From the IMG/VR virus record IMGVR_UViG_3300021960_009431: a stretch of DNA of 64,000 bases, one strand, 5' to 3'. Source of the stretch: a virus. Each line of letters opens with the position of its first letter. The first letter of the stretch is position 1. A program made the position numbers and the translations under genes. This document shows positions 36,779 to 47,422 of the stretch, piece by piece. The notes beneath the pieces were generated by a model, which was given only the letters and a program-made list of their open reading frames with translations, ran no database searches and had not been told where the DNA came from.

Positions 36779-38401
36779 ATGCCAGAAATTTACTTAGGAA
36801 ATCAAAATTTAAAAGCTGCCGGCGTTCAAGTTGAGTTTACTCAAGATAGCGTTATGGAGTATCTTAAGTGTGCTCGTGATCCTATTTACTTTATAAAAAA
36901 ACATTTACAAATTGTAAGTATTGATGAAGGTCTTGTACCATTTGAGCTCTGGGATTTCCAAGAGACGATGGTAAAAACATTTGAAGATAATCGATTTAGT
37001 ATATGTAAGTTACCTAGACAGGTTGGTAAAACCACAACTGTAGCAGCTTATATTTTATGGAAGGTATTATTTACTGAGCAATACTCAGTTGCTATTCTTG
37101 CGAATAAAATGGCTCAAGCAAGAGAAATACTTGGGCGTATACAATTAATGTATGAGCATCTACCTAAATGGATGCAACAAGGTATCGTAGAATGGAACAA
37201 AGGTAATATTAGATTAGAAAATGGTTCTGAAATACTTGCTTCTGCTACTTCATCAAGTGCTATTCGAGGTACATCTCAAAACTTAATTTATCTTGATGAG
37301 TTTGCATTTGTACCTAATAATTTACAAGAAGAGTTTTTCACATCAGTATTTCCTACTATTTCATCTGGTAAGTCGTCTAAAGTATTAATTACATCTACCC
37401 CAAATGGAATGAATATGTTCTATAAATTATGGGTAGATAGTGAAGAAAATAGAAATGATTATGAAAGGGTAGAAATTCACTGGTCTAATGTTCCAGGTAG
37501 AGATGAAAAATGGCGAGAAGAAACTATTCGAGCCACATCTGAAGAGCAGTTTAGACAAGAGTTTGAGACAGAATTTTTAGGAAGTACTAATACTTTAATT
37601 CATCCTACTGTACTAAAACGGTTAGTATTTAAATCACCTCTATATAAGAAAAATGGGTTTGATTGTTATCATGAACCAGAACCAAAAAGAAATTATATAG
37701 TAGTCTGTGATGTCTCTAGAGGTGTAGGTATGGATTATTCTGCATTTATTGTTTTTGATATTACTGAATATCCATACAGAGCAGTAGGTAAATATAGAAG
37801 TAAAGAAATATCTCCTATGATTTACCCTAATGTAATCTACGACACGGCTCGAAAATATAATAATGCATTTGTATTAGTAGAAGTTAATGATATTGGTGAA
37901 CAAGTTTCTAATATATTATATCAAGATTTAGAATATGAGAATATGTTAAGTACTGTGTATAGAAGTGGAACACAACATATATCAGCTGGTTTTGCTGGAA
38001 GACAGCAAATGGGAGTTAGAACTACAAAAGCTGTTAAGCGCGTAGGGTGTTCAACTCTTAAAGATATGGTAGAACAAGATAAGCTTATAATTGAAGATTA
38101 TGATTATATATTTGAACTGTCTAACTTTGTATCACGTAAAGAAAGTTATGAAGCTGAAGAAGGAATGCATGATGATTTAGTTATGTGTTCAGTTTTATTT
38201 GCTTGGTTAGTTCGTCAAGAATATTTTAAGGATATAACAAATGATGATTTGAGAAAAAGACTTTATGAAGAAAATCAGCGAATGATTGAAGAAGATATAC
38301 TTCCTTTTGGTTTTTATGACGATGGACAAGAAGAAGAAGGTATTATAAATATTGATGAAAGAAGAATCGGCTGGTCTTTGCCAGACAACCGTGATTTGTG
38401 A
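36779..38401 (+). CDS. gp17: Terminase large subunit gp17
   Basis: RQVGKTT Walker A, LDEFAF Walker B, TSTPNG, DVSRG...DYSAF, HDDLVM motifs. Confidence 0.96.
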   Translation: MPEIYLGNQNLKAAGVQVEFTQDSVMEYLKCARDPIYFIKKHLQIVSIDEGLVPFELWDFQETMVKTFEDNRFSICKLPRQVGKTTTVAAYILWKVLFTEQYSVAILANKMAQAREILGRIQLMYEHLPKWMQQGIVEWNKGNIRLENGSEILASATSSSAIRGTSQNLIYLDEFAFVPNNLQEEFFTSVFPTISSGKSSKVLITSTPNGMNMFYKLWVDSEENRNDYERVEIHWSNVPGRDEKWREETIRATSEEQFRQEFETEFLGSTNTLIHPTVLKRLVFKSPLYKKNGFDCYHEPEPKRNYIVVCDVSRGVGMDYSAFIVFDITEYPYRAVGKYRSKEISPMIYPNVIYDTARKYNNAFVLVEVNDIGEQVSNILYQDLEYENMLSTVYRSGTQHISAGFAGRQQMGVRTTKAVKRVGCSTLKDMVEQDKLIIEDYDYIFELSNFVSRKESYEAEEGMHDDLVMCSVLFAWLVRQEYFKDITNDDLRKRLYEENQRMIEEDILPFGFYDDGQEEEGIINIDERRIGWSLPDNRDL

Positions 38402-38413
38402 AAGACATAATAT

Positions 38414-38421
38414 TATAAATA
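38414..38421 (+). promoter_or_regulatory. T4-type late promoter TATAAATA (gp18)
   Basis: Exact consensus; other copies at 21873, 33480, 41428, 46591, 46602, 48071, 49250; gp55 and gp33 are present. Confidence 0.8.
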
Positions 38422-38458
38422 AAAAGAGAATTAAAAGCCTCATTAAAGGAGAATAATC

Positions 38459-40381
38459 ATGCCATTTCAAGTATCACCGGGCATCAATGTCAGTGAAATT
38501 GATCTTACTGCGGTTGTTCCTGCTGTTTCTACAACTACTGCAGGCATCGCTGGTCATTATCGTTGGGGGCCTGTTAATACGGCCACATTGATATCCTCAG
38601 AAGATAACCTGGTTAGTCAATTTGGAAAACCAGTGACAGCGACCGCAACAGACTTTTTTACTGCAGCCAACTTTTTAGCATACGGTAATGCATTGTTTGT
38701 TACACGTGCTGAAAATGCAACAATGTCAAACGCACATTGTAACGCAGCTAATACAGTTGTAACAAGAATAGATAGTGATGAAGATTATGATAATAATCAT
38801 GCGTCAGGAACGTCTAATGTAGGACGATTTATTGCTAAATTCCCAGGTGAGTTAGGTAACTCACTAAAAGTATCAGTGTGTGCTTCAGCTGCTGCATATA
38901 AATCAACATTGACTGGAACATTTAGTGTAACATCGAATACAACTACTATTACATTTTCTGCTAACCAATCATCTGCAATTGCAGCAGGTGATTTGCTAGA
39001 AATTGGTTCATCTACAGGTGCAAAACAAACACGTAAAATTGAATCAGTAGCTGCAAACGGTACCTCAGCAACGCTATCCTCACGCTATACAGGGGATACG
39101 TTGTCAGCTAATACATCACTTACACGTAAGTGGGAATATGCTGTAAATACAGATAGAGCGCCAGGTACATCACAATCAGCGACTAATGCAGGTGCATCTG
39201 CTGATGAACTTCATATTGTAGTTGCAGATGAAGACGGACTATGGACTGGTACTAAAGGTCAAGTGCTGGAAGTATTTCAAAACCTATCTATGGCTTCAGA
39301 TGCAAGAACAGATGAAGGCGCAGGTAACTTTTACAAAACAGTAATTAATAATAATTCTAGATATCTATGGTGGGCTGCACACACCAGTGTAGGTACAAAT
39401 GCAGGTACATCAGTAAATGGTGGAACTACATATACAGGCTCGACTACTCCATTAACTGATTCATTAGTCAATGGCGTCGACGGTTCAGCACCTACTAACG
39501 CAAACCTAATTACAGCTTATGATAACTTTAAATCATCAGAAGATATCGATTTATCCTTTGTACTAGGTTCTGGTAACGGTCAAACAGTAGCAACTCATAT
39601 TATTGATAATATAGCTAACACAAGAAAAGATTTGCTAGCTGTTATTTCACCACCTAGAAGTGCTGTAGTTAATAATAGCACATATGAAGGTAAAGAACAA
39701 GCAGATATTATTGCATATCGCGATACACTAACATCATCTTCTTATGTAACACTGGATTCTGGTTGGAAATATCAATACGACAAATATAATGATGTATACA
39801 GATATGTTCCAGCTAATGGAGATACAGCAGGTCTAATGGTCCGTGCTGATTCAACTAATGATCCATGGTTCTCACCAGCTGGTTTTAGTCGTGGTCAGAT
39901 GAAAAATGTTATTAAACTTGCTTATAACCCGAGTAAAGCTGATAGAGACGAATTGTATAAGAACGGTATTAACCCTGTAGTTACTTTCCCAGGACAAGGT
40001 ACTGTATTGTACGGCGACAAAACAATGCTTGCTGCACCAAGTGCGTTTGATAGAATTAATGTAAGAAGACTATTCATTGTTCTAGAAAAAGCAATTACAC
40101 TTGCATCTCAATCAACCTTATTCGAATTCAATGATGAATTTACAAGATCTCAATTTAGAAATCTGGTAGAACCATTCCTTAGAGAAGTACAAGGACGAAG
40201 AGGTATCTCAGACTTTAAAGTAGTTTGTGATGGTACTAACAACACCGGAGAAGTAATAGATAGAAATGAATTTGTAGGTGATATTTACATTAAACCTGCA
40301 CGTTCTATCAACTTTATCCAATTAAACTTCGTAGCAGTAAGAACTGGGGTAGAATTCTCAGAAATCGTTGGTCAAGTATAA
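38459..40381 (+). CDS. gp18: Tail sheath protein gp18
   Basis: SPGI.V.EIDLT, WFSPAG..RG, AFDRINVRRLF, IYIKPARSINFI.LNFVA motifs. Confidence 0.96.
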   Translation: MPFQVSPGINVSEIDLTAVVPAVSTTTAGIAGHYRWGPVNTATLISSEDNLVSQFGKPVTATATDFFTAANFLAYGNALFVTRAENATMSNAHCNAANTVVTRIDSDEDYDNNHASGTSNVGRFIAKFPGELGNSLKVSVCASAAAYKSTLTGTFSVTSNTTTITFSANQSSAIAAGDLLEIGSSTGAKQTRKIESVAANGTSATLSSRYTGDTLSANTSLTRKWEYAVNTDRAPGTSQSATNAGASADELHIVVADEDGLWTGTKGQVLEVFQNLSMASDARTDEGAGNFYKTVINNNSRYLWWAAHTSVGTNAGTSVNGGTTYTGSTTPLTDSLVNGVDGSAPTNANLITAYDNFKSSEDIDLSFVLGSGNGQTVATHIIDNIANTRKDLLAVISPPRSAVVNNSTYEGKEQADIIAYRDTLTSSSYVTLDSGWKYQYDKYNDVYRYVPANGDTAGLMVRADSTNDPWFSPAGFSRGQMKNVIKLAYNPSKADRDELYKNGINPVVTFPGQGTVLYGDKTMLAAPSAFDRINVRRLFIVLEKAITLASQSTLFEFNDEFTRSQFRNLVEPFLREVQGRRGISDFKVVCDGTNNTGEVIDRNEFVGDIYIKPARSINFIQLNFVAVRTGVEFSEIVGQV

Positions 40382-40412
40382 TAAATACATATAAAGGTTA
40401 AGGAGAAAAACT

Positions 40413-40964
40413 ATGGCTTTTAACATTAACGATTTCAGAGGGGAACTTGAGTTTGGAGGAGCCCGCTCCTCCCTCTTTGAAGTCACAATGACAAATCCGC
40501 TAAACGCGGCTGGGGACAGCAAGTTTAGATTTCTTTGTCGTGCTGCACAAGTTCCAGCGGCTACAGTAGGGGTTGTAACGACCCCTTACTTCGGTCGTCA
40601 GGTAAAGCACGCTGGAAACAGAACTTTCGATCCATGGACAGTAACTATTATTAATGATGAAGATTTTCTTATTCGAAATGCTTTAGAGCAATGGAATACT
40701 GAAATTAACACATTAGAAGGTAACGTAAGAACACCGTCTGCTGGCGTAGCTACATATAAGACAGGCGCTGCTGATGTTATTCAATATAGCAAAGCAGGTG
40801 GTGCAATTAGATCTTATAAGTTTGTAGGTATGTGGTGTTCAGATCTATCAGCGATGGATTTGAGCTGGGATTCTGAAGCAATTCAAGAATTCACTGCTAC
40901 TTTCCAATATGATTATTGGGTTCCAGGAACTATTGGATCTACAACCGCTTCGGCAGTAGTATAA
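40413..40964 (+). CDS. gp19: Tail tube protein gp19
   Basis: GGAR..LFEV, AGNRTF.PWTVTIINDEDF, EFTATFQYDYW motifs. Confidence 0.95.
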   Translation: MAFNINDFRGELEFGGARSSLFEVTMTNPLNAAGDSKFRFLCRAAQVPAATVGVVTTPYFGRQVKHAGNRTFDPWTVTIINDEDFLIRNALEQWNTEINTLEGNVRTPSAGVATYKTGAADVIQYSKAGGAIRSYKFVGMWCSDLSAMDLSWDSEAIQEFTATFQYDYWVPGTIGSTTASAVV

Positions 40965-40984
40965 CAGAAACGAGGTAGTATATT

Positions 40985-41392
40985 ATGGCTAACCAGCTAT
41001 ATCCTAAAGCAAAAGAGGATTTTCTTGCAGGTAATTTGAATTTATCTAGTAATACTGTAACAATTGCATTAATAGATACTGATGTTTACACATTTAGTAG
41101 TGCACATGAGGACAGGGCAGATATTCCTAACTCAGCAGTTGTTTCAACATCAGCTTTAGCTAATAAAGCTATTACTAATGGTGTTTTTGATGCAGATGAC
41201 GCTACTTTTAGCTCAGTATCTGGTGCGAACTGTGAGGCATTAATCCTTTACCATACCGACGCAGAAGGCGGTAATGCAACATCGAGATTAATCGCTTATA
41301 TTGACACTGCTACAGGTCTTCCAATCCTACCTAACGGTGGTGATATTACTGTACGATTCTCGAGTGGTGCAAGTAAAATCTTTGCTCTTTAA
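40985..41392 (+). CDS. Putative minor virion structural protein
   Basis: GAGG RBS; MAN.LY.KAKE.FL.G...GVFDADD...LIAYID...GLP..PNGGDITV pattern seen in tail-associated phage proteins. Confidence 0.55.
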   Translation: MANQLYPKAKEDFLAGNLNLSSNTVTIALIDTDVYTFSSAHEDRADIPNSAVVSTSALANKAITNGVFDADDATFSSVSGANCEALILYHTDAEGGNATSRLIAYIDTATGLPILPNGGDITVRFSSGASKIFAL

Positions 41393-41418
41393 CTGAGTAA
41401 CACCTGAAAACCTAGGAG

Positions 41419-41451
41419 AGGGGGTACTATAAATATAGTATACCCCCTTTT
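41419..41451 (+). terminator. Terminator hairpin containing late promoter TATAAATA (41428-41435)
   Basis: AGGGGGTA...TACCCCCT followed by TTT. Confidence 0.7.
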
Positions 41452-41468
41452 CTATATCGAGGATAAAA

Positions 41469-43106
41469 ATGGAACTATTTGGGTTTGAGATAAAGAGAGC
41501 TGATCAAAACGAAAGAGAGCAGCTCCAAGCTATCGTGCCGCAAACACATGAAGATGGTGCAACTGAGGTTTCTACCAATGCAGCAGGTGTGTTTGGTGGT
41601 ACATATGGAACTTATGTTGATATTGAAGGTAAAGCTAAAGATGAAGCTGACCTTGTTACAAAATATCGACAAATGGCATTACAGCCAGAATGTGATTTTG
41701 CAATTGAAGATATTATCAATGATGCTATTATCATGGATGATAATGTTTACCCGGTTGAACTTGTACTAGATGAGACCGATCTTCCTAATAGAGTAAAAAA
41801 GCTAGTAAGAGAAGAATTTAATAGACTTCTCTACACATTAGATTTTGGTAATAAAGCTTACGAAATTTTCAGACGTTGGTATGTAGATGGCCGTCTATAT
41901 TATCAAATTGTCATAGATGAAAAAGATGTGCGTGACGGAATAAAAGAGTTGCGTTATATTGATCCCCGTAAAATTAAAAAAATTAGAAAACAGAATAAAA
42001 AGAAAGATCCTAAATCAGGAGCAACTTTATATACTAGTACTGATGAATTTTATTTTTATAATCCTAAAGGAATGGCATCACAAGATAAAGGTGTACGAAT
42101 TGCAAAAGATAGTATTTGCCATGTAACATCTGGGCTTGTAGATCCTATGAATAAGCTTACACTAGGACATTTACATAAAGCAATTAAACCTATGAACCAG
42201 TTGCGAATGCTTGAAGATGCAACTGTAATCTATCGTTTATCAAGAGCACCTGAACGTCGAATTTTCTATATTGACGTAGGTAACCTTCCTAAAGCAAAAG
42301 CTGAACAATATCTTCGTGATATGATGGTTAAGCATAAAAATAAATTAGTTTATGATGCTAATACTGGTGAAGTAAGAGATGATAGACGTCATATGACAAT
42401 GCTCGAAGATTTCTGGTTACCACGAAGAGAAGGTGGTAGAGGGACAGAAATTACTACCTTACCTGGCGGACAAAACTTAGGTGAGTTAGATGATGTTTTA
42501 TATTTTCAGAAAAAACTTTATAAGTCATTAAATGTACCTGTTAGTAGACTAGAAGCCGAAGTTAATTTTAATATTGGCAGATCTACTGAAATTTCTAGAG
42601 ATGAAATTAAATTTCAAAAATTTATTAATAGAATAAGAAATAAATTTGCTGTTTTATTTGATAATTTATTAGAAACCCATTTAGTGCTTCGTGGCATTAT
42701 GACTAAAACAGAATGGGAACAAATACGTAATAATATTACATACGATTTTGTTAATGATAACCACTTTGAAGAGCTCAAAGAGGGTGAAATCATGGCAGAG
42801 AGGTTAAGAATTTTAGGTGAAGTAGACCCACTTGTAGGTAAATATTTTTCTTTATCCTGGGTACGTAAAAACGTGCTAAGAATGACAGAAGAAGAAATTG
42901 ATACTATGCAGAGAGAGATTGATTTAGAATCTGAAGAAAATCCAGAAGAAGATATATCAATTGAAGAACCACAAGAGGAAGAAATATTTCCAGAGTATAA
43001 ACCTGAAAAAGACCTAACTGAGGAAGAAAAACGTCTTGTAGAAAGTATGACTAAATTCTATGACTCTTTCTCATCTCAGGAAGACATAGATAATGGATCA
43101 AGTTGA
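41469..43106 (+). CDS. gp20: Portal protein gp20
   Basis: FRRWYVDGR, YRLSRAPERRIFYIDVGNLP, EDFWLPRREGGRGTEI motifs. Confidence 0.96.
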   Translation: MELFGFEIKRADQNEREQLQAIVPQTHEDGATEVSTNAAGVFGGTYGTYVDIEGKAKDEADLVTKYRQMALQPECDFAIEDIINDAIIMDDNVYPVELVLDETDLPNRVKKLVREEFNRLLYTLDFGNKAYEIFRRWYVDGRLYYQIVIDEKDVRDGIKELRYIDPRKIKKIRKQNKKKDPKSGATLYTSTDEFYFYNPKGMASQDKGVRIAKDSICHVTSGLVDPMNKLTLGHLHKAIKPMNQLRMLEDATVIYRLSRAPERRIFYIDVGNLPKAKAEQYLRDMMVKHKNKLVYDANTGEVRDDRRHMTMLEDFWLPRREGGRGTEITTLPGGQNLGELDDVLYFQKKLYKSLNVPVSRLEAEVNFNIGRSTEISRDEIKFQKFINRIRNKFAVLFDNLLETHLVLRGIMTKTEWEQIRNNITYDFVNDNHFEELKEGEIMAERLRILGEVDPLVGKYFSLSWVRKNVLRMTEEEIDTMQREIDLESEENPEEDISIEEPQEEEIFPEYKPEKDLTEEEKRLVESMTKFYDSFSSQEDIDNGSS

Positions 43107-45003
43107 ACACGCTAAATTACTTGCAGCTCTTTTAGGAGTTCTTAAAAAAGAAAGTAGTAAGGTAAAAAGTGCTTTACTCGAAGAACTTCATTCTGAACTA
43201 CAAAAAATTGAACCTCCTGAACCTATTTTAGTAGAAGGGCCTGAGGGTCCTCAAGGTGAGATAGGTCCAGAAGGTCCTCGTGGTTTTATTGGTGAGCAAG
43301 GTATAAAGGGTATACAAGGTCTTGTTGGAGAAACTGGTCCTAAAGGTGAGCAAGGCTTGCCTGGTAAACATATCACAGAAGCACAATTAAACGAAAACGG
43401 TCATTTATTTCTTTATCGTGATGACGGTGTACAATTTCCTATTGGCAACGTTATTGGTGAACAGGGACTAACAGGTCCAATAGGGCCCCAAGGCGAAAAA
43501 GGAGATGTAGGTGAAACCGGGATTCAGGGCGAGCAGGGTATTCCAGGCGAGGTCGGGCCGAAGGGAGATAGAGGAGTGGATGGTCTACAAGGACCAGTCG
43601 GACCTCAAGGTGAAAGTGGAGAAAAAGGTGAACAAGGAATCGTTGGTCCGAAAGGCGATAAAGGCGATACTGGGTTAACCGGACCAAAAGGTGATCGTGG
43701 TGAAACGGGTTTACCAGGTCCAGCTGGTTTACAAGGACCTAAAGGTGATAAAGGTGATCCAGGAGAGCAAGGTCCGCAAGGTGATCCTGGTATGGATGGT
43801 GAAACACCAGATATAGAACCTTATCTTAAAAAAGTAACCGATGAACAGAAAAAATTTCAAGATAATATTAGACGCACTATTACAAGATCTTCATTTGGAA
43901 GTTCATCCGGTGGAGGTGAAGTACGTTTAGAATTTTTAGATGATGTTGATAGAGACACTGCAAAAGTAAATAATAAGTTTTTAAAATATGATAGTGCATC
44001 TGGAAAATGGGTCGGTGCAGATGCTGCTAGTGGCTCCACTGATGCTGACACAGTTTCATTTGCTGTAAAAAATGGTTCTGGAGTAACTCTTGCAAAAGGT
44101 ACACCTGTTTATGCAAATACAGCATTAGGTGCTTCGGGTAAAACTGTAGTAGGTGCAGCTGATGCTGCTATTTCAGGTAGAATGCCTGCTATTGGTGTAT
44201 TATCACAAGAATTAGCTAATAACGGTGAAGGTGATCTTCTCGTAGTTGGTGTCATGGAAAATCTAGACACATCATCATTTAACGTCGGTCAAGTTTTATA
44301 TGTTGCTCCAGGTGGTACAGGACTAACAACTACAAGACCATCTGATCCCAATCATTTAATACAAAACGTAGCAAAGGTTACAAGAAGCCAATCTCATACT
44401 GGGCAAATACTTGTTGAAGGCTCAGGCCGTACAAATGATATTCCAAACGGATTTACTGTCACAGGTAATATTACAGCAAATAACGTAAAAACATTAGTAG
44501 CTGGAGATAATATTACGTTAACCAAAAACTCCTCTTCTATAGTTATTGCTTCTACTGCTTCAGGTGGAGGAGGTGGCAGTGGTTCTGCTAATCTATTAAA
44601 CGTTACAACTAATATAATACCTACATCAAATAATACGCTAGATATAGGTACTACTACTAAAAGATTTCGCGATTTATTTTTGTCTGGCCAGACTATTAAT
44701 CTTGGAGGAGCTACTATTTCCTCAGATGGTACTGGGCAAATAGCTATTTCAGGAACAGGAGCTACTCTACCTGCTAATTCAAGAGTGCAAGTTTCCGGTT
44801 CAGAAAAAACTATTGCTACGGTAAGTGAGACCGGTGTGGTTGAACAATTAGTTCCGTTATTTACACAAGCTAGTGGATTAACTGCTCCTGCTAATACATT
44901 CGTTTTTAGAGCTGATGCTACTACGAGAGTCTTTTCTTCATTTGTCCTAAATAATGGTAGTACAATTGGTGCAACCGATAAAGAAGCACTATTTTTATTT
45001 TAA
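43093..45003 (+). CDS. Collagen-like (Gly-X-Y) fiber protein
   Basis: Two Gly-X-Y tracts (~43237-43365 and ~43455-43805); GGGEVRLEFLDDV motif; C-terminal fiber-like domains. Confidence 0.8.
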   Translation: MDQVEHAKLLAALLGVLKKESSKVKSALLEELHSELQKIEPPEPILVEGPEGPQGEIGPEGPRGFIGEQGIKGIQGLVGETGPKGEQGLPGKHITEAQLNENGHLFLYRDDGVQFPIGNVIGEQGLTGPIGPQGEKGDVGETGIQGEQGIPGEVGPKGDRGVDGLQGPVGPQGESGEKGEQGIVGPKGDKGDTGLTGPKGDRGETGLPGPAGLQGPKGDKGDPGEQGPQGDPGMDGETPDIEPYLKKVTDEQKKFQDNIRRTITRSSFGSSSGGGEVRLEFLDDVDRDTAKVNNKFLKYDSASGKWVGADAASGSTDADTVSFAVKNGSGVTLAKGTPVYANTALGASGKTVVGAADAAISGRMPAIGVLSQELANNGEGDLLVVGVMENLDTSSFNVGQVLYVAPGGTGLTTTRPSDPNHLIQNVAKVTRSQSHTGQILVEGSGRTNDIPNGFTVTGNITANNVKTLVAGDNITLTKNSSSIVIASTASGGGGGSGSANLLNVTTNIIPTSNNTLDIGTTTKRFRDLFLSGQTINLGGATISSDGTGQIAISGTGATLPANSRVQVSGSEKTIATVSETGVVEQLVPLFTQASGLTAPANTFVFRADATTRVFSSFVLNNGSTIGATDKEALFLF

Positions 45004-45012
45004 GGTAATAAA

Positions 45013-46587
45013 ATGGCAATTAAAGTTCCTATAAGAACAGTCTTTGATTCATCTGACAACGCTATTGGTTTGTCTGAGTTTCAACCAGGTGATGCTGTAG
45101 GTACCACACATGGCGGTACTGGACTTACAAGTTTAGGTTCAGCTGGCCAGGTTTTACAGGTAAATTCAGGTGGTAACGGTTTTGAATTTGGTTCTAAAAC
45201 ATTAGTAAACCTTGATCCTTATTTGCAAGTAGCAAATGCTAATGTAAATTTTGTTACTAAAGCTACTGCTTTAACTACTAATAACGCTATAATTAATTTA
45301 ATTAATGATAGAATGCAAGTTGCAAATGTTAGTAGTTTAGTTACTACTGAGGTAAATGCATTAGTAGATAGTGCTCCAGGAGCATTAAATACATTAAATG
45401 AGTTAGCTGCTGCTTTAGGTGATGATGCTAATTTTTCTACTACTATTACAAATAATCTCGCAACTAAAGCTTCAAATACATATGTTAATGCACAAATAGG
45501 TGCTTCTAACACTAGTATAAGAAATTATACAAATACAACATTTGAAACTAAAGCTGTAGCTTTAGCGTCTAATAATGCTTTAATTAGTTTAATTAATGAT
45601 AGACTACAAGTTGCAAATGCTGCAGCATTATATCAAACTATAGCTATTGAAAGAGCTGCTCTTGCCAACACTAATACTAGATTAAATGTTTTAGAAGCAG
45701 GTGGCGCATTAGCGACAAATACATATATTGTTGCAAACTATCTTCAAAAAACAAGTACTGCTTCACAAAGTACGCAAGCTGAATTGAGAATAGATAGTAC
45801 TTCAGATACTACTGGTGTACATATTAACGATGGTTCTATTGAATTATTTACTAATACTGGCTCAGAAGCTTTTGTAGATTTTTATTGTGAAGTAAATAAT
45901 GCTCATAGAACAAGATTAAAATCAGCTGCTCACACAGATTATACAGGAAACATAGATTTAGTCTTACCAGTGACTAACGGTGTGCTAGCTACCCAAGAGT
46001 ATGCAGCGTCTAACTCTTATGTAAACACTACATTTGAAACTAAAGCGGTTGCACTAGCTTCAAATACAGCAATGAAAAATCTTGTTGATGATAGACTACA
46101 AGTAGCGAATGCTGCTATACTTTATGAGACAAAAGCAACCGCATTAACTTCAAATAATAATCTATTATCATTAATTAACGACCGTATTCAAGTTGCAAAC
46201 GTAGCTTCATCTATTAGACCTGGAGTTTCTACCGTTACTTCAAATACAACTGTAGATGCAACTGATCACAACAATGCTATTATAATTAATAGTTCTGACA
46301 CTATAGTAATTACTATAGCCGTGTCAAGCAGCCTAACAGTAGGTGACACATTTAAATTTTATCCAGTTGGATCAGGTGATATTCAGATAAATCTAAATTC
46401 TAGTGATCAATTTCTTGGAACCACTCTATCTACAACTACAATTAGTGCATATTCAGATGTACAAGTAAATGCATTACAAAGCACTGCAATTCAAGATGGA
46501 TCATTTAGAGACTTTGTCTCTACTGGATTATATACAAAAGTAGAATTGTTATATGCTGGTAGTGGAAATTTTGTTCTAACAAAATAA
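45013..46587 (+). CDS. Fiber-like structural protein with LINDRLQVAN repeats
   Basis: APGALNTLNELAAALGDDANF fiber motif; repeats shared with the ORF at 20568. Confidence 0.7.
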   Translation: MAIKVPIRTVFDSSDNAIGLSEFQPGDAVGTTHGGTGLTSLGSAGQVLQVNSGGNGFEFGSKTLVNLDPYLQVANANVNFVTKATALTTNNAIINLINDRMQVANVSSLVTTEVNALVDSAPGALNTLNELAAALGDDANFSTTITNNLATKASNTYVNAQIGASNTSIRNYTNTTFETKAVALASNNALISLINDRLQVANAAALYQTIAIERAALANTNTRLNVLEAGGALATNTYIVANYLQKTSTASQSTQAELRIDSTSDTTGVHINDGSIELFTNTGSEAFVDFYCEVNNAHRTRLKSAAHTDYTGNIDLVLPVTNGVLATQEYAASNSYVNTTFETKAVALASNTAMKNLVDDRLQVANAAILYETKATALTSNNNLLSLINDRIQVANVASSIRPGVSTVTSNTTVDATDHNNAIIINSSDTIVITIAVSSSLTVGDTFKFYPVGSGDIQINLNSSDQFLGTTLSTTTISAYSDVQVNALQSTAIQDGSFRDFVSTGLYTKVELLYAGSGNFVLTK

Positions 46588-46627
46588 AATTATAAATAAT
46601 GTATAAATATATGAAAAGGAGCTTATA

Positions 46628-46855
46628 ATGCCTTATGAAGTTGCAGATGCTATTAGAGCATCAACAGATGATAATACATCTGTATTCCAAGATGCTGTAA
46701 ATAGTATCTTAGCTGATAAATTACGTGAACGTATCGGTGTTGAAAAAGTTGCAGTGTCGCAATCTATGTTTGCAGAACCTGACTTTGAATCTGATGAAGC
46801 TTCAGAAGAAGAATTAGAAACAGAAATAGACGGAGAATCAGATGAAAACATTTAA
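46628..46855 (+). CDS. Prohead core protein (gp67-like)
   Basis: Small and acidic; position upstream of gp21; tandem late promoters. Confidence 0.55.
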   Translation: MPYEVADAIRASTDDNTSVFQDAVNSILADKLRERIGVEKVAVSQSMFAEPDFESDEASEEELETEIDGESDENI

Positions 46856-47171
46856 AGAACTTATGGAAGCTCCGGGCTCACCAGCACAAGATAATAAAGG
46901 TGAAAAAGATGATGAGAAAGAGGTAAAAGGTTATAAACCTCGTTCTAAAGGTGAAGAAGATTTTGCTAAAGCACATACTGTAGATATAACAGGACACCCT
47001 GTTGCTACAGTAGCTCAGTTTAAAGGAACTACTGATGGTGGTGACCCTGAAAAAACTCATAAAGGTGGTAAACAGCATCCAGGAGAAAAAAATCCTGTAA
47101 TGCAAGGCTCGTCAAAAGTTAGAGAAAACTTTTCTAATTTTGTAAAGGTAGAAGATCATGGCGACAATTAA
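46842..47171 (+). CDS. Putative internal head/core protein with capsid-targeting-like N-terminus
   Basis: N-terminus MKTFKELMEA resembles the T4 internal-protein CTS (MKTYQEFIAE). Confidence 0.5.
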   Translation: MKTFKELMEAPGSPAQDNKGEKDDEKEVKGYKPRSKGEEDFAKAHTVDITGHPVATVAQFKGTTDGGDPEKTHKGGKQHPGEKNPVMQGSSKVRENFSNFVKVEDHGDN

Positions 47172-47421
47172 ACTACTAGGAAATTCAACAGCTCTTGGCT
47201 CAGCTACTAATCTTGGCAGCGCTACTATGGTACGCGTTGTTAATACAAACGCTGCTGAGCAAACAGTTACTGTAGCTAATACCGTAGGTCCAGCAAATGG
47301 CGGTGGTATTGGTGGTACTGTAGTAATTGAAGCAGGGCAATCAGAAATAATTGTAAAAGAACCTACCGATACTATTCAATCTGTTGCAACAGTATTAGGT
47401 ACAAAGGTAGCAAGGTACTAA
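47158..47421 (+). CDS. Small conserved head-module protein
   Basis: Coupled ORF between core genes and gp21. Confidence 0.6.
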   Translation: MATIKLLGNSTALGSATNLGSATMVRVVNTNAAEQTVTVANTVGPANGGGIGGTVVIEAGQSEIIVKEPTDTIQSVATVLGTKVARY

Positions 47422-47422
47422 C

